NCBI RefSeq assembly: GCF_006345805.1
Contig: NW_021832128.1
Span: forward strand, 62,001 to 126,000
DNA length: 64,000 nt
Source: Octopus sinensis
Lineage: Eukaryota
Direction of reading: 5' to 3'
Shown here piece by piece: positions 49,486 to 63,217 of the stretch. The notes under the pieces were generated by a model, which was not told where the DNA came from, searched no databases, and was given only the letters and a program-made list of their open reading frames with translations. Every line of letters starts with the position of its first letter. Position 1 is the first letter of the stretch. The position numbers and the translations under genes were made by a program.

Positions 49486-51179
49486 TTCAGCCCCCTCCTA
49501 TTTATCATAGTCCTCCAGGCAATAACGAAGGAATTCAAGACAGGATGCCCCTGGGAGCTCCTCTATGCTGATGACCTTGCTCTAATTGCTGAGTCACTAT
49601 CAGAACTAGAGAAGTTTCAGGTGTGGAAACAAGGATTAGAATCAAAGGGCCTTAGTGTCAACCTAGCTAAAACCAAAGTCCTAATAAGTAGGAAGGCAAG
49701 CAAACCACAAATCCCTTCGGGTAGATGGTCCTGCTTGATCTGTAGAAAAGGTATAGGTAGAAACTCTATAAGATGTACCCGGTGTAAACTATGGACACAT
49801 AAGAGGTGCAGTAATATCAACTGGGAAGATAATTTTTGTATATGGTAGATGCTCAGGAGCAATAAACACTGAAAATGTGCAGAGAACAACTTCCGCCACA
49901 TTCCAGGGAGAAAAACTAGAAGTAGTTGATAGCTTCCGTTACCTAGGTAACCAAATCAATAGCGGGGGAGGGTGCACTGAAAGTGTAGCTGCTAGAATAA
50001 GAATAGCCTGGGCAAAGTTCAGAGAGCTCTTACCTCTACTGGGGACAAAGGGCCTCTCGCTCAGAGTAAAAGGTAGACTATATGACGCATGTGTACGAAC
50101 AGCCATGCTACATGGCAGTGAAATATGGGCTGTGACTTCTGAGGATGTGCGTAAGCTCGCAAGGAATGAAGCCAGTATGCTCCGATGAATGTGTAATGTC
50201 AGTGTGCATACTCGACAGAGTGTAAGTACCTTGAGAGAAAAGTTGAACCTAAGAAGCATCAGATGTGGTGTGCAAGAGAGACGACTGCACTGGTATGGTC
50301 ATGTGGCAAGAATGGATGAGGATAGCTGTGTGAAAAAGTGCCACACCCTAGCGATTGAAGGAACCTGTGGAAGAGGTAGACCCAGGAAGACCTGGGATGA
50401 AGTGGTGAAGCATGACCTTCGAACATTAGGCCTCACCGAGGCAATGATTAGTGTCCAAGACCTTTGGAAATATGCTGTGCTTGAGAAGATCCAGCAAGCC
50501 AAGTGAGACCATAACCTTGTGGCCTATGCCAGGGGTGTAACCAGCCCACTTATGTGTGCCTTTCCTTCACTGGACACTAAACTCTGCTTGCGAAGACCTG
50601 TTGAGGCAAGTGAAATTGGAATCAAATTCGATGACTGGTATTCATGCTAGTGGAGCACTAAGAGCACCATCTGAGCGTGATCACCAGAGCAGCTAACTGG
50701 CTTCCGTGCCGGTGGCACGTAAAAGGCACCATCCAAGCGTGATCATTACCAACGTCACCTTACTGACACTTGTGCCAGTGGTACGTGAAAAAACATTTGA
50801 GATCCTGTACAGGTGGCATGTAAAAAACACCATTTGAGTGTGGCCGTTGCCAGTACCGCCTGACTGGCCACATGAAAAAACATTCGAGCAAGGTCGTTGC
50901 CAGTGCCGCTGGACTGGCTCCTGTGCAGGTAACACATAAAAAACACCATTTGAGCATGGCCATTGCCAGTACCACCTGACTGACCCTTGTGCCAGTGGCA
51001 CATAAAAGCACCCACTACACTCTCGGAGTGGTTGGCATAAGGAAAGGCATCCAGCTGTAGAAACTCTGCCAGATCAGATTGGAGCCTGGTGTAGCCATCT
51101 GGTTCGCCAGTCCTCAGTCAAATCATCCAACCCATGCTAGCATGGAAAACGTACGTTAAACAATGATGATGATGATGAT
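49486..51179 (+). mobile_element. RTE LINE 3' part with complete 3' UTR
   Basis: ELLYADDLALIAES, FRYLG, RIAWAKFRELLP, tandem 3' UTR units at 50690-51010, (GAT)n tail. Confidence 0.95.
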
Positions 51180-52023
51180 ATCCATTCCCATTTTGCATTA
51201 CAGTTTTTCATGTTTTCACATCATTATCCTTCAATCTGGCCGAGTTGGTTAAACTTGTTTCTGTGTAGGTGTTAGCTTTGGCATGGGAAGTCGTTTTCCC
51301 AATTCTCACAGCCAGAGAATTGGGGAATGCCAATATTTTCACCACACAGCAGTTTCTTATCTCACATTTTTTGTCCTGTTTAAGCTCCAATCGGATTAAA
51401 TCTCTGACTCAGATTTGGCAGTTTGCTGCCTTTTTCTCCCACTATGGCATTCATCTTGAGGCAATGTTTCTCATCAGTACTTTAGCCATGCACCACATTC
51501 AACTCGACAATTGTCATTTTTCTGCTACTTCAACTTGGGGATTTCACACTTATGTGCACCAGATATCAACTTTGATGAATGCCTGTAACCAACATTACTT
51601 CACCACCATTTTGTGACTTCAGGATTTTGCCATCCTGATGCCTGCAAACATTTTCCTTTCAACCTGTTAACCTGGGGAGCTTCATGTCCATTTTACGACC
51701 ACCGTTCACATCCTTTTTTGCAGCAAGTTACAGCAGCCAGCTACTCATCAGTTTTTTTGTCACAGCTTATATCTCTTACTATTGCCTTCCACCAACACAT
51801 TGCTCGAAATAGCAGTCAATTCTCTACATCATTCAACAAGAAATTTTTTTACATTACAGCTTACAAACAACCAGTATATATCTTTTTATATCTTTTTCTG
51901 CTCACTGAAAAGACATTTTTCCATGCTTTTTCACCTTGTCTCAAGCCAGAAACTTTCATCTACAGGACCTTGTTATTGGTCATGTGGAATGTAGACAAGT
52001 TTTTATGGTTTAAGCGAGTACAG

Positions 52024-54752
52024 CAGTGATTCCCAACCTTTTTATAGTCGCGACCCACTATTTCACACCAGTTTATGACGACCCACTTAACTCACCTGAG
52101 TAAAAACATTAATGAAATTAACAAATTTATTTCAGCTTACATCTTCAGTGAGGCCTGTGAGAAGGATGAGCCTGTTTCTTGCTACGCTCAATGATAGAAT
52201 TAACATCAGGTTCAATGTGTGATAGTTTCAGGCGTAAAGAATTTGAGAGCTGCAGTTTATTTCGATATTTGCTTTTAATCCCAACCATTGCTGAAAATCC
52301 AGCTTCACAAATATAAAATGACGTGAAAGGGAGAAGTACTTTTAATGCTTCAGTGGAAATGATTGGGTACGAGGTTTGAAGAGCCGCCCAGAACTGTACC
52401 AATTTTCGGGTGTTAAAAATCATTTTCAAGGAAGAGTCTTCAGATAAATCCTCATCGGCTTTTGTTGATATTCCAGTCGTCACGTCAGGCTGAAAGGGGT
52501 TCATAATCCATCTTTTCTGTTGCATAGTATTCATCTCTTTATGAAAATAAAATTCAAAACTCTCATTTAACTTATTCAAGTGTTCAGATATCTCAATGAT
52601 TATACCATCATCAACTTTTGCTTTATTCTCCATTACAAAAGTTTCAAAACAGTCATAATTTCGGTTGTTAATACGATTTTTCCACAAGACAAGTTTTTTC
52701 ATAAAACCTCGAATTTTCTCTTGAATTGCAAATATACTGATACCTTCTGTTCCTTGTAAATACAAATTCAGGTTGTTTAATTTCGAAAAAATATCTGCCA
52801 AATATGTAAGCCTCAAAACAAATTATTCGTCGCGCAAATATTTCGCAAAATCGCTTTTATCTTCTAAAAATATAGCTACTTCTTTGTGGAGTTCTGCAAG
52901 TCTTGTTAACACTTTTCCCCTAGAGAGCCATCGTAATTCTGTGTGCAAAAGAAGTGATTTATGATCGCTTCCCATCTCTTCGCAGAACTTCTCAAATAGG
53001 TGCGATTTCAAAGGCTTTGACTTAATAAAGTTCACTATTTTGACTGAAGTATTCAAAACATTTTCAAAATTATCAGATATATGTTTTGATATTAACGCTG
53101 CCCTGTGAAGGTTACAGTGAGTCCATGATGCATTGGGATTAAGCTCAAGTATTCTGGTCACCACACCATTTCTACTGCACATAGCCCGTGCGCCGTCTGT
53201 ACATATTCTGACACATTTATGCCAATCAAGATTTTTTGCTCTAATATAAGTATTAACTGTATTAAAAATTTCATCGCTGGTACTTCGACTGACAGGTTCA
53301 CAGAACAACATATCTTCATGAGGTACAAAGTTCCATATGTAACGTACAAAAACAAGTAGCTGGCACAAACCTTGTACGTCAGTAGATTCATCGAGTTGTA
53401 AAGAAAAAAAAGACTTCCACAAATCCATTCAATAACTTGATTTTCTACCCATTGAGACATTTCATCGATTCTACGCGTGACTGTGTTATTAGAAATAGGA
53501 ATTGATTCAATTTCTTGTTCACTCTTATCACCAAAGAAAACTTTAACTGTATCTTTTATAGCTGGAAGAACTAAAGTCTCCCCAATTGTGTGTGGCTTAC
53601 CAGTTTTTGCAATTCTTAAACTGATCAAGTAAGACACATACAGAGATTTTTCATTTACTTTGGTGTAATGTTGCATAACGCTCTGTCCTATCTTTAACTT
53701 GGTTAACATTCACTCAAAAAAATCGAGAGGCTTGTCTTTTAAGAGGTGCTTAGTCTCAAAATGACAATGCAATTTGTTTGGACGCATGCTTGTTTGGACA
53801 TTTGCAAGTTGTTCATAACAAATGATGCATCGTGGTTGTGGATCTTCTTCAACTCCATTCCATGTAAATCCCATTTTTAAGTACTCATAATCATACTTTC
53901 TTAATACTTTTCTTCACTTTGACTGGCTTAGTTTTGATTGATTGGTCTTTTCTTTGTTTCGATTCACTGAAGACTTATCGTCATCAGCTTCAACTGACTT
54001 TTTTAACCATTTATTCATAATATGAAGGACTGAGTAAATACGTAAAAATTGAATTTAGAAGGACAGATAATTTTGACTTAGCGAGAGATTTGACAGAATT
54101 AAAATACAACGTTTGGGATCATGCGAACTTCTACAATTAATGATAAACGTCATTTCAATCGATGTGATGCTATTTAAACCGTTTATCTGATAGACTCTAT
54201 TGATCTATCTACCGTCTAGCTGCTGTCTATTCCAATCATTTCATAGGATAACCTCCTGGTGATCACTCCTATACTTTTTAAATAATTTATTAACTTACTA
54301 GTGAAATCCATGTCTTATTTATTTAAATTTTTTGCTATTTATATATTAAATGTGAAACAAAACATTTTATAACTGTTTCAACGTCTCTATACCCTATGTA
54401 TAAATACTAACACTAATACAAAACCTTGAAGTAGTAACTGTTATCGGCTCGATCAGTGTTATACTTCGCCTAGTTAAAGTTCTCTATAAATAGGTAAAAA
54501 CAGACCTTTCCTTTTTACGATTACGTACAAATAAATAACTTGAGAAAATGACAACCTCTGATTTGTTAAGTTCATGAAAAAGCCTATTGCTTGATAAAAC
54601 AACAAGTCTAGTATTGAAAACATAAGTCTTGAACTATCTCGATAGACAGCAGTTAATCAAAGCTAATGCGTAATTTTATAACTTTTTGCGACCCACTAAG
54701 ATTCCGTTCGCGACCCATCTGTGGGTCGCGACTCATAGTTTGGGAACCACTG
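52024..54752 (-). mobile_element. Near-complete Buster-subfamily hAT transposon (2729 bp)
   Basis: Perfect TSD GAGTACAG (52016-52023, 54753-54760) with central TA; TIR CAGTGATTCCCAACCT / CAGTGGTTCCCAAACT. Confidence 0.95.
52145..54018 (-). pseudogene. Buster/ZBED5-SCAND3-like hAT transposase, few lesions
   Basis: BED finger (PRCIICYE..MRPNKL..HFETKH), KPHTIGETL, FSLQLDESTD, CTDGARAM, HCNLHR, HTELRWLSRG, LLPF..YICEAGFS; broken into ORFs 53158-53709, 52823-53428 and 52145-52816. Confidence 0.9.
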
Positions 54753-55341
54753 GAGTACAGTATTTTCTCTCATTTTGTTCAACATACACTACTTGGTCGA
54801 GTGTTACAAGCTACATATCTCACTATGTGTACGCTTCTTTTGTTATATTTCAATTCCTTCTTCTCTAGCGAAATTACAAAATTTTCTTGGTGTGATTAAC
54901 TTCGATAGAAGTTTTATCCTACATTGTGCTATGGCATTGCTTTACATACAACTGATTCCATTAACTTGCAGCATTAAGGCTGTGAAATTTTTTGAATTTT
55001 TGCATTTTCAAGTTATTGGACTCACTTTTTTGAGACTTTCTATCCCTGCAAGTCTTATACTGGCCCACTTTGGCCAACCAAACAGTGCATACACACTATT
55101 TAAAAAAAATTTTTTTTTTTTTTTCATTTTGACTGCCTGAACTGTTTTCAATCATTTTTTAAGAACTTTTGATTATTCTCATATCGGTTGATTTACAGTA
55201 AATTTTTTATTTGATATTGTTTTGCTAATTTTTCATCCCTTTTTCATTGGATTTCCTTTTTGTACATTTTTCCTTCTTGGTACAGTTTTTTTGTTTGTAT
55301 TTTTGTGCCTTTCGCGATGAATCTACGGGTCTGAGGGTAGT

Positions 55342-55935
55342 TGTAGCAGAAGTATGTTTGCGTTAAATACCCAGAAATTGGTTCATACACATGATTTCTA
55401 CAAGTGATCACATGACCTGTCACATGATGGTCAAGTTTTTCTGGCTTTATGTGGGCTATCCAACCCTATCACATGACAGACCAGCCTAGTGCAAGAAATT
55501 ATGTTGGCTTGTTGGAGCCCACCCACATGCTTAAAAAGAGGAATTTTTCCTACTTTTCTCCAGTGAGGTAGGAAGAACAGTTGAGTTCAGATCTCGGTAG
55601 AGAGAGGAGACTTATTTTGCAGTTAGCTTTGATGCCATACTTCTGTTCCTGTCTGCCAGCAAAAAGTCATGCTACATATTTCTGTTCCTGTTCTACCCGG
55701 CACACATCGCCAAGTTCCAACTTCATGAGAAACAATATGTATATTTTCTTCAGACAGTATCATTCAAGATGTATCAATGTTTTCTGTGCCAATTCATTTA
55801 GCAGTTGAATAAAATGTGGCAGTCAATTGCAACTTGTTTTCTTGTATTTCTTTCCACTGTTACACCTGACTCATTGGAACCAAGAAAGTGTAGTTATATC
55901 AGAGCCAGAGCTGCACTTAGCAAACTTGCTAAACC
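55342..55935 (+). repeat. Second copy of the ~600-bp unclassified repeat
   Basis: See 48467-49075. Confidence 0.85.
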
Positions 55936-55994
55936 CTAAACACTAATTCTAACCCTAAACTGTAATTCCACCCCTAAACCCTAACTCTAACCCT
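55929..55994. repeat. Degenerate interstitial telomere-like (CCCTAA)n tract
   Basis: CTAAACCCTAAACACTAATTCTAACCCTAAAC..CCCTAAACCCTAACTCTAACCCT. Confidence 0.7.
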
Positions 55995-56849
55995 GGTGTA
56001 TCTCAAACTTTAGTTTTGAATTCTCACTATTGGCCACCTGAACTGAACTACAGTAGTATAACGTACAGTTTGTTTTATTGCAATTTAACATAGTTTTGTC
56101 ATTTTTCATTAAAAAATTTCTTTGAGGATTTCCTTCTCATATTGCCTGTTCCAGCATTTCACATGACTTTATTCCTTTATCCTAATAATACTAAAACTCT
56201 AGAGATGTTTGTGTGTACCCGAAATATCTCAGAAATATTATATTTTATCTTAATCTTTTTTGCATATTTATTTTCATACTTACCTTCAGCAGTGCAGTAT
56301 AAATTTTTGTGATATTAATGAAAATGATTGAACACAATTTTTGTTTATTTCTTGAAAAAAAAAACATGGCCTACGTGACGTCAACACACACATATAATGA
56401 ATGTCATGGCTTGTCAGTCAACACAAACACACGTCTGCTATCTGTGACATACACACACACATAGTATGTACATGTAAATGAAATGGATGTATGTGTGTGA
56501 AAGAGAGAGAATGAATGAAGGGGTGTGTTGTCATGTAGAGTACATACATCTATACATTTGCATACATCTTTTTTTGTATGTACGTGTGCATGTGTGTTCT
56601 TATGTATGTGTAAGTGGCACTCTGTTTCTCTCTCACGCGCGCGCGCGCTTCCATTTCATATATACGATCGTGTCTCTTTCACTTTCTTCTCTCTTTCACT
56701 TTAAAACAAAAGTAAATAAAAAAATTATGGAAATTAATTAACAAAACCAGCTGGTCCGGATGACAGTTCTGAGAGTTAGAGCAAAAGATTGCTTCAAGGG
56801 AATACCATTACAAAAAATTTTTTGAGTGCATTTAATGAATCTCAGTCCC

Positions 56850-56968
56850 AAAGACTTGGCTGTTGTTTCTAGCACGCTCTGCTACCACGTAACAGCTATT
56901 TGCGATAACGGACTCGAAATACCTGTTACATGGTAGCAGGGCGTGCAAGAAATAGCAGCCAAATCTTT
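56850..56968. other. 119-nt imperfect hairpin, candidate pre-miRNA or dsRNA
   Basis: Arms 56850-56905 and 56914-56968, 8-nt loop, about 50 bp paired. Confidence 0.5.
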
Positions 56969-58897
56969 CCTTTGTTGGGGAAAAGAGCAGTTTACGCATG
57001 ATTTTGATGTCACATTCGTTGAAAGCATGCGAAATAACCAGGAGAAGAAGAAAAAAATATGAAACAAAACTCCGTTGTTGGGAAACTTCTAGAACAAGTG
57101 AATAACAATAGCAGATCCAGCGTAAACAATTACATCAATACACCAGATTTGAAATTTTTCGCTTAATTTTAAAATTTCAAAAAGTGAAAGACAAACAGAA
57201 AAGATCTTAGACTTTGAATAAAGTTGCATAATCTAAAATACTGGATATAAATATAATTGCTAGTTCTCTATGCAGCAGAAACAAATGTCGGTGATATTAA
57301 ACCAATTACGCTGTTATAATTAACTGTAAAAAAAAATGTAGATGTACCAATCTCCGTATTCATTGTAATTGCATGTGAGAGAGAGAGAGGGGTGGAGAGA
57401 GACTGGCGCAGAAAATAACGATGTTCAACAAAATGAAGATTTAAACTTTTTTTTAACTTGGCCTACATCATAGTATAGAAAGAATTATATGGATGGAAAA
57501 ATGATCTGACTTATCATGAGTAAAGTGTGACATAAAATTTCATCAATAATTGGGTGGGGTGGGGTTTCTGGTATTTTTCAGGTACGGGATCAGAGCCAAA
57601 GGGACTTCTGAATTACTCTTTGAGTCTGAATGTTTGGTTGTGAGCGCATGTACGTATGCATATAAAAATTTTTCCACAATTTCTTAGACTGAAGCGGAAA
57701 CAATATTCAAATAATAAAAATCGTACGTAAAAGTACTTCTGTTTAGAAATTATATAAACTGATTTTCATCATTAATTAGATAACATGTTCTGAAGTATGC
57801 CATTCTTAATCCAGATACAAGGAAAATATCTTTAAACTACAATATCTACCTCCTCATGATGCAACTGTCACACACGTTGGACCTCTTGGCAAAGAAACGT
57901 AGTGTATGTTAGTTTGTCTCCAAGATTTGCACAGTACTTTCGATTTGTCGCCGATTTCAATATTTTCAGTTTTTTCTTCTTACAATTTACGTTTTTGATC
58001 CATCACAGAGACATTCTGGGGGATTTCTGTACCAAACGCCACAAATTTGCAAACCGAACAACCAGGACTGCCCCGGCCAAACAGAGATGTGCGGTAAGCT
58101 TATATTATCATACATACATACATAGATACATACACTCGTATTTGTGTGTGTGTGTGTGTGTGTGTGTAATGCAATGCTAAATAAAGTTTTTGGTATATGT
58201 ATATATAAGGTTAGATGAGTTTATGAGATATACCGGCATAATTTCGCCTGCCGATATACTTACATAAATATGATATGCAGAATGAGAATAAAATAGAAGA
58301 GAATTTAAAGCGGTTAATATATTGTCAATAGAGTAATTTAAAAATTACATGTCATAATACAGGGTTAATATATTGTCAATAGAGTTGTTTAAAAATTACC
58401 TGGACTATTATATCACTGATACTTTTGTGTGTGGATGTCATTCTTTTCTAAATAAACGTTTAGTTCTTGTGAGACACAAGCAAGCAATTTCATAACATTC
58501 CAACATGTAAATTAACACCGCCAGGCGTGTTTGATTAACTAGCATGTTACCTAGCAACTGATATGGCTACCAAATATGTGACGTAGAATACCATTTTACT
58601 TGTTTTGCTTATATTTTCCTCCTCCTCCTCTTCTCGCCACTTTTGTTCTTAATTAGTCCCTTGTTAACTTTAATCAAACGTATCCAAGATGTTTCTGTCG
58701 TAACAATCCGATCTTTTATTTAGATAATGTATCTAGAACTATATTATTGCCCTTGTTTAATTGGCGAAAAAATTACCATCCCCAAGTATAACAACGAATT
58801 TAAATTTACTTACATGTGGACAAAACAGAGAATTCGACTGAAAAATTAAAAGAAAAAAGAGAAGAAAAACAAAACAATTCACCACCGGGAAACCTCT

Positions 58898-59125
58898 CTA
58901 ATAACTATTGAGACATGCCAGCAAGCTTGCAGCGTTGCTGCGGGTGATGGCGAGGCTGATGTGCTGGAACAGCCAAACGCCCTCACAAGCCTCACCAATT
59001 ACCTCTAATCAACATATCAAACCTATGCATACGTAAGCTCCCACTCTGAGGGCTATGGAGACACGAAGTTCGTTCAATCTGAGCAGACCACCAACATTAG
59101 CCACAGTCACCTGAGTATTTGGCGC
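58898..59125 (-). mobile_element. CRE-clade non-LTR retrotransposon C-terminal relic
   Basis: SGD-like..VANVGGLLRLNELRVSIALRVGAYVC joined in frame to GEACEGVWLFQHISLAITRSNAASLLACL*, matching the LRIAVALRLG and terminal QRLS.A..RGNAA motifs of CRE elements. Confidence 0.6.
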
Positions 59126-60099
59126 TAGCAGACAGTAAGTGGCACCTTAAAAAATGGTCTGACTGGATTAAGAGGGAGTCGAAGGTGAAGACAATGCTAA
59201 GTTATTTGAAAGTGATTAAGCAGTTTTTTCAGGGTTGTTTAACTCTGACTGAATGCCTTGCCCATATCTTTTGTATATACAGGAAGAGTACATTGTCCTA
59301 TATGCCCTTTCGTTGAGGGAAATTTGACTGCTATTCCTAGCTAGTCAATTGCCTACATGAAAGACTCTCTCATTGGTTTGAGATCTGTGAAATTGAAGAA
59401 ACAGGACTGTTAATAATGTCTAGACTTCTGGGTGTACATTAGAGCAATGTTTTTTATCAGAGCAGGGAGCTGTAACATTTAAGGAGGAATGGAGAAATTG
59501 CTATGTTAAATTAAAATGGTTTTAACCTTTAAACTTATTCATTACTATGCACAAAACAGTATTATATTGGTTGCAAACTCGTTTTATTTTCTCATTAATA
59601 AAGAAGCAAAGGTAGGAAAATTTTGCTAATATTTGATGGGGACAGCTAGTATTTATTATTTTGAGAATCATTGAATCAGAGGTTTGCTATATGTGCAGTT
59701 GGTGAAAATATGTCCCCACTCTCTCAGTATGTAACAGTCATCATCTGTCGCAAATGCTTGGAGAAAAAGGACAGTGGCTATCAGGCTCATTGACCAGCTG
59801 TTTTAAATACCTCCCATTTCAACAACCAATGCATCTGTTAATAATCATAGTGGTGCGTATACATGATGATGTACTTGAAGTGTAGTTTCATCCAACTTCT
59901 CTTACAAGTCCTGAAAGAGGAGAACAAACTTCTGTTGAAGGTGTTTGGCTAAGTTTTATCTTCATTTTTAAACATGGCGGTGAGCGGTTTTGAAACTTCA
60001 ATGTAGTTAGGGTTAAATTGGCAGTAGAAATTGATGAAACCGAAAAATTCTCTCCAGTAGTTCCTGAAAGTCTTCATTTTCCTCAAGACCCAATTAAAT

Positions 60100-60370
60100 T
60101 AATGCGAGACTTGTTATAAAGTGTCAGAGCAAAATGTTGGACTTCAATTTAGCAATGAAACGACAAAAGTCATGATTATTGGTGAGACACAGCAGCAACA
60201 AATTTGGTAGGTGGAGCTGATTCTGAAGGTCATTGATTTGTTTACGTATCATTGCTAAAGCTGCACAGTTGAAGAGTGATGTGGAGAAGAAGTTCGACAA
60301 AGTCGTGGCTGTCTTCCAATATTTGAAAATGTGTTGCAAATGGGTTTGTAGGAGTTAGGAAAGCTATTTT
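60100..60370 (+). mobile_element. Possible highly decayed LINE RT fragment
   Basis: VGLQF..TTKVMII..VIDLFTY resembles GL.IN..KTKVM...V..F.YLG. Confidence 0.35.
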
Positions 60371-61499
60371 TTGTTGTCTCGTCATAGCATAGTTGTGTGG
60401 TGGCATACTTCAACTTCATTTCTCCATTTGTGTACTTGCCTTTTCTTGCATTTGTTATATCATTTTTCTTGATGCATTCATGTTTTTTCCCTTGTTTGAA
60501 CATTTCACTTTGTATTTTTCTCCTTCCTTTTTCTTGCTGCATTACTGTTGTTCATATCGACTTGTAGTCTGAGCAAGGGTACTGCTGGAGTCAAGAAAGA
60601 TATTTTTTTGTTGTCATAACACAGCACAGTTGTGCTATGGCATACTTCAACCAATTAGAGCTGGGCACGTATTAATACTAGAAGCAGTTATCCGCCCCAT
60701 AGGCAAGCACGCGTTTTTTTAACAGCCATTGGAAGAACACAAGACAAACCACATCAGTTCTCCAAAGATGGGACCTGCCTTTTTGTTTTTCTCACCAACT
60801 TAGCACTGAAAACTTCTGACCACATCATGGATATCCTATTACATTTTTGTCAACTTTGCCTTGCAAGCATCCATTTAGTTAGTCTATATCAACACAACTC
60901 TACCTATGAGTGGTTTATTTCCGTCTAAGCTAGCTTCGTCTCTGCTAGCTTTTAAAAGCTTACAACCAAATAGCTTCAATCATAAGTTTTAACGCTCTCC
61001 TCTGAGTCCTACACATGCACCCGCTTCGCTCATCATTTTTCAGTTCCCATTACTATTTTAATAAAATTACAATGTTTTGTTTAAAAACTGCCATCTGATA
61101 TTCTATTACACATGTTTCTCAATTGCACATTTACTGGAATTTTCCATGAACACTTTCATACTTTAAATCACTGACTCTCACTATGTTGGTTACATTCTAC
61201 ACAGCTTGCTTGTTACACTGGTGACTCACCACAGGTTTATAGGTACAGCCACATGTGAATGATAGAACAACACTTTGCAAGCATTTAATAGTAACTTTTA
61301 TTTCACCACACAAGTAATTTTCATGTTGGTTATGAATTAAAAGTTTACACAAGTCAACACAATTGAAAAAAGTAATTCTGTACCATTCAAAAGCCCTGTA
61401 CTTAAGCTTGCCAAGACAAGAGAAAAAAATACACATTAGATTCATATCAGCCAACTATAACAACATATCCAGGTTGAGTAAGAACTGTAGAAACTACTA

Positions 61500-62400
61500 T
61501 TATAAACAGAAAAATAGTGTGTGATACCAAGTGTTTTTCTTTTCTTTTTGTTTTTTTCATTTTGAGGAACAGATGATAGTCAGATGGGGCCAAATCATGA
61601 GAAAAGGGAGTGTGATCAACCAGTTCAAAGCCACAGTCACGAACAGCATCCATTGAAACCAAGGACGTGTGTGCTGAGTATTGTCCTAATGAATTAAGAC
61701 TCACTTCATCAATTTTCTTGGGCATTTGGTCTAACCCTTTTAAAGATAGTCAATAAACACAATGCCTTTTGTATCCCCAAAAACTGAGGCCATCACCTTC
61801 CCTACAGATGAAATGACCATAGCCTTCTTTGAAGCAAGTGGGGAGGGGTGTTTTCATTGCATGGATTGCCTCTCTGTCTCTGGCTCAAAGTGATGAACCC
61901 AACACTGATCCTGACTTAGGAAACATTCAAGGAAACCAGCTAGACTTGCTTCAAACGATGTCAGATTTTTGCTGCGATGCATTCTATCAGGTGCGCTTTT
62001 AATCAAGTGTCAGAGACTTGGACCCACCAAGCAGAAACCTTTGTCATGCCAAATTCATTGTGCAGGTTATTCTCAACTTTCTCATGGGATATATAAGCTA
62101 TTTGATTTATAGTCAATCACCTGTCATCCATCACCATGTGGTAAACACAATCAATGTTTTCCTCGGTGCTGGCAGTTGCAGGACATCCAGGCCTTGGATC
62201 CCTTCCCCTCATAATTTCAGCTGCCCACTTTTGCATTGTTGATAAAACTGAAGTGTCATCTCATACTGTAGCAACTATGTCAGCATACCTTTATCTGCAG
62301 GTACTTGTTAATGCCAGAGTGCCAAATTTTGTCCATTTTCAAGAGAAATTGCTACAAATTACTTTTGTAATTTTCTTTGACAGATAGTTGGATGTCAGGT
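61500..62400 (-). mobile_element. Decayed mariner transposon
   Basis: ATG near 62336; QKWAAE, MVMDD, HFEPE, DTKGIVFIDYL, SMDAVRDCGFELVDHTPFSHDLAPSDYHLF. Confidence 0.85.
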
Positions 62401-62619
62401 TAGCTGGAAAGAAACAATACAATTATTAAGAAGAGTTGAAATTAATGCCTGAAAGTTCGCACAGCTCTAGCCTCTCTCCTTTATAGTCAGCCTATGAACT
62501 TTTCAGCCCACCCTCGTATATCATGACTTAAAACTGCACAATCTGATGATGCAATTTTCTGTCTTACTACAGTAGTTCCGACTATTAAAAGATATACATA
62601 TGAACAAAAAAATGGCCCA

Positions 62620-63090
62620 GAAATACAAAGTACAAACTGTAAAAGAATTATCCTTAATAAGTATGGTTTCAGACCATCTAGAAAAACGGTCTATGCATAC
62701 CAAAAGATACATTTTATCTTGGACTTGCAGTGAAGGACCAAGTAACAAAAATGCTTAAAGGCATTTTAAAATTGCGCTGAACTTGAGCTTTTTGACAAGA
62801 TATACAATGGTGCACCAAATTACAAATGTCCTTCTGCATACTAGGCCAAACAAAACGAGTTGAAATTAATTTTACTGATACTAAAATGCCTGAATGAGAT
62901 AATCAATCAATTTTTGGCAGAACAAAAAAAATCTTTTTTCGTGCCTGTTGATCATGGTGGTTTGAACGACTGAGAATCCTTAGATTTGGTTTTGAATCTA
63001 AGCTTGGAGAAGGAAGTGTTAATTTTTACAAGTGCATATGTCAATGGCTTATGATCTGAAAAATTGTAAAATGTTGCCCTACTAAAAAAT
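62620..63090 (-). mobile_element. Gypsy pol relic (RNase H end and integrase start)
   Basis: FSDHKPLTYAL; LLGP..YLLVCIDRFSRWSE. Confidence 0.7.
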
Positions 63091-63217
63091 GTTGAAAAAG
63101 TTTCAGAACTAAATAAGCAGCTTTTCCTTTTGAACAGCATCGGATAATAAATATACTTTATAACACGTATGTACATAATATATGAATAATGCAAAACCAC
63201 ATTAAAATACAAATCCT

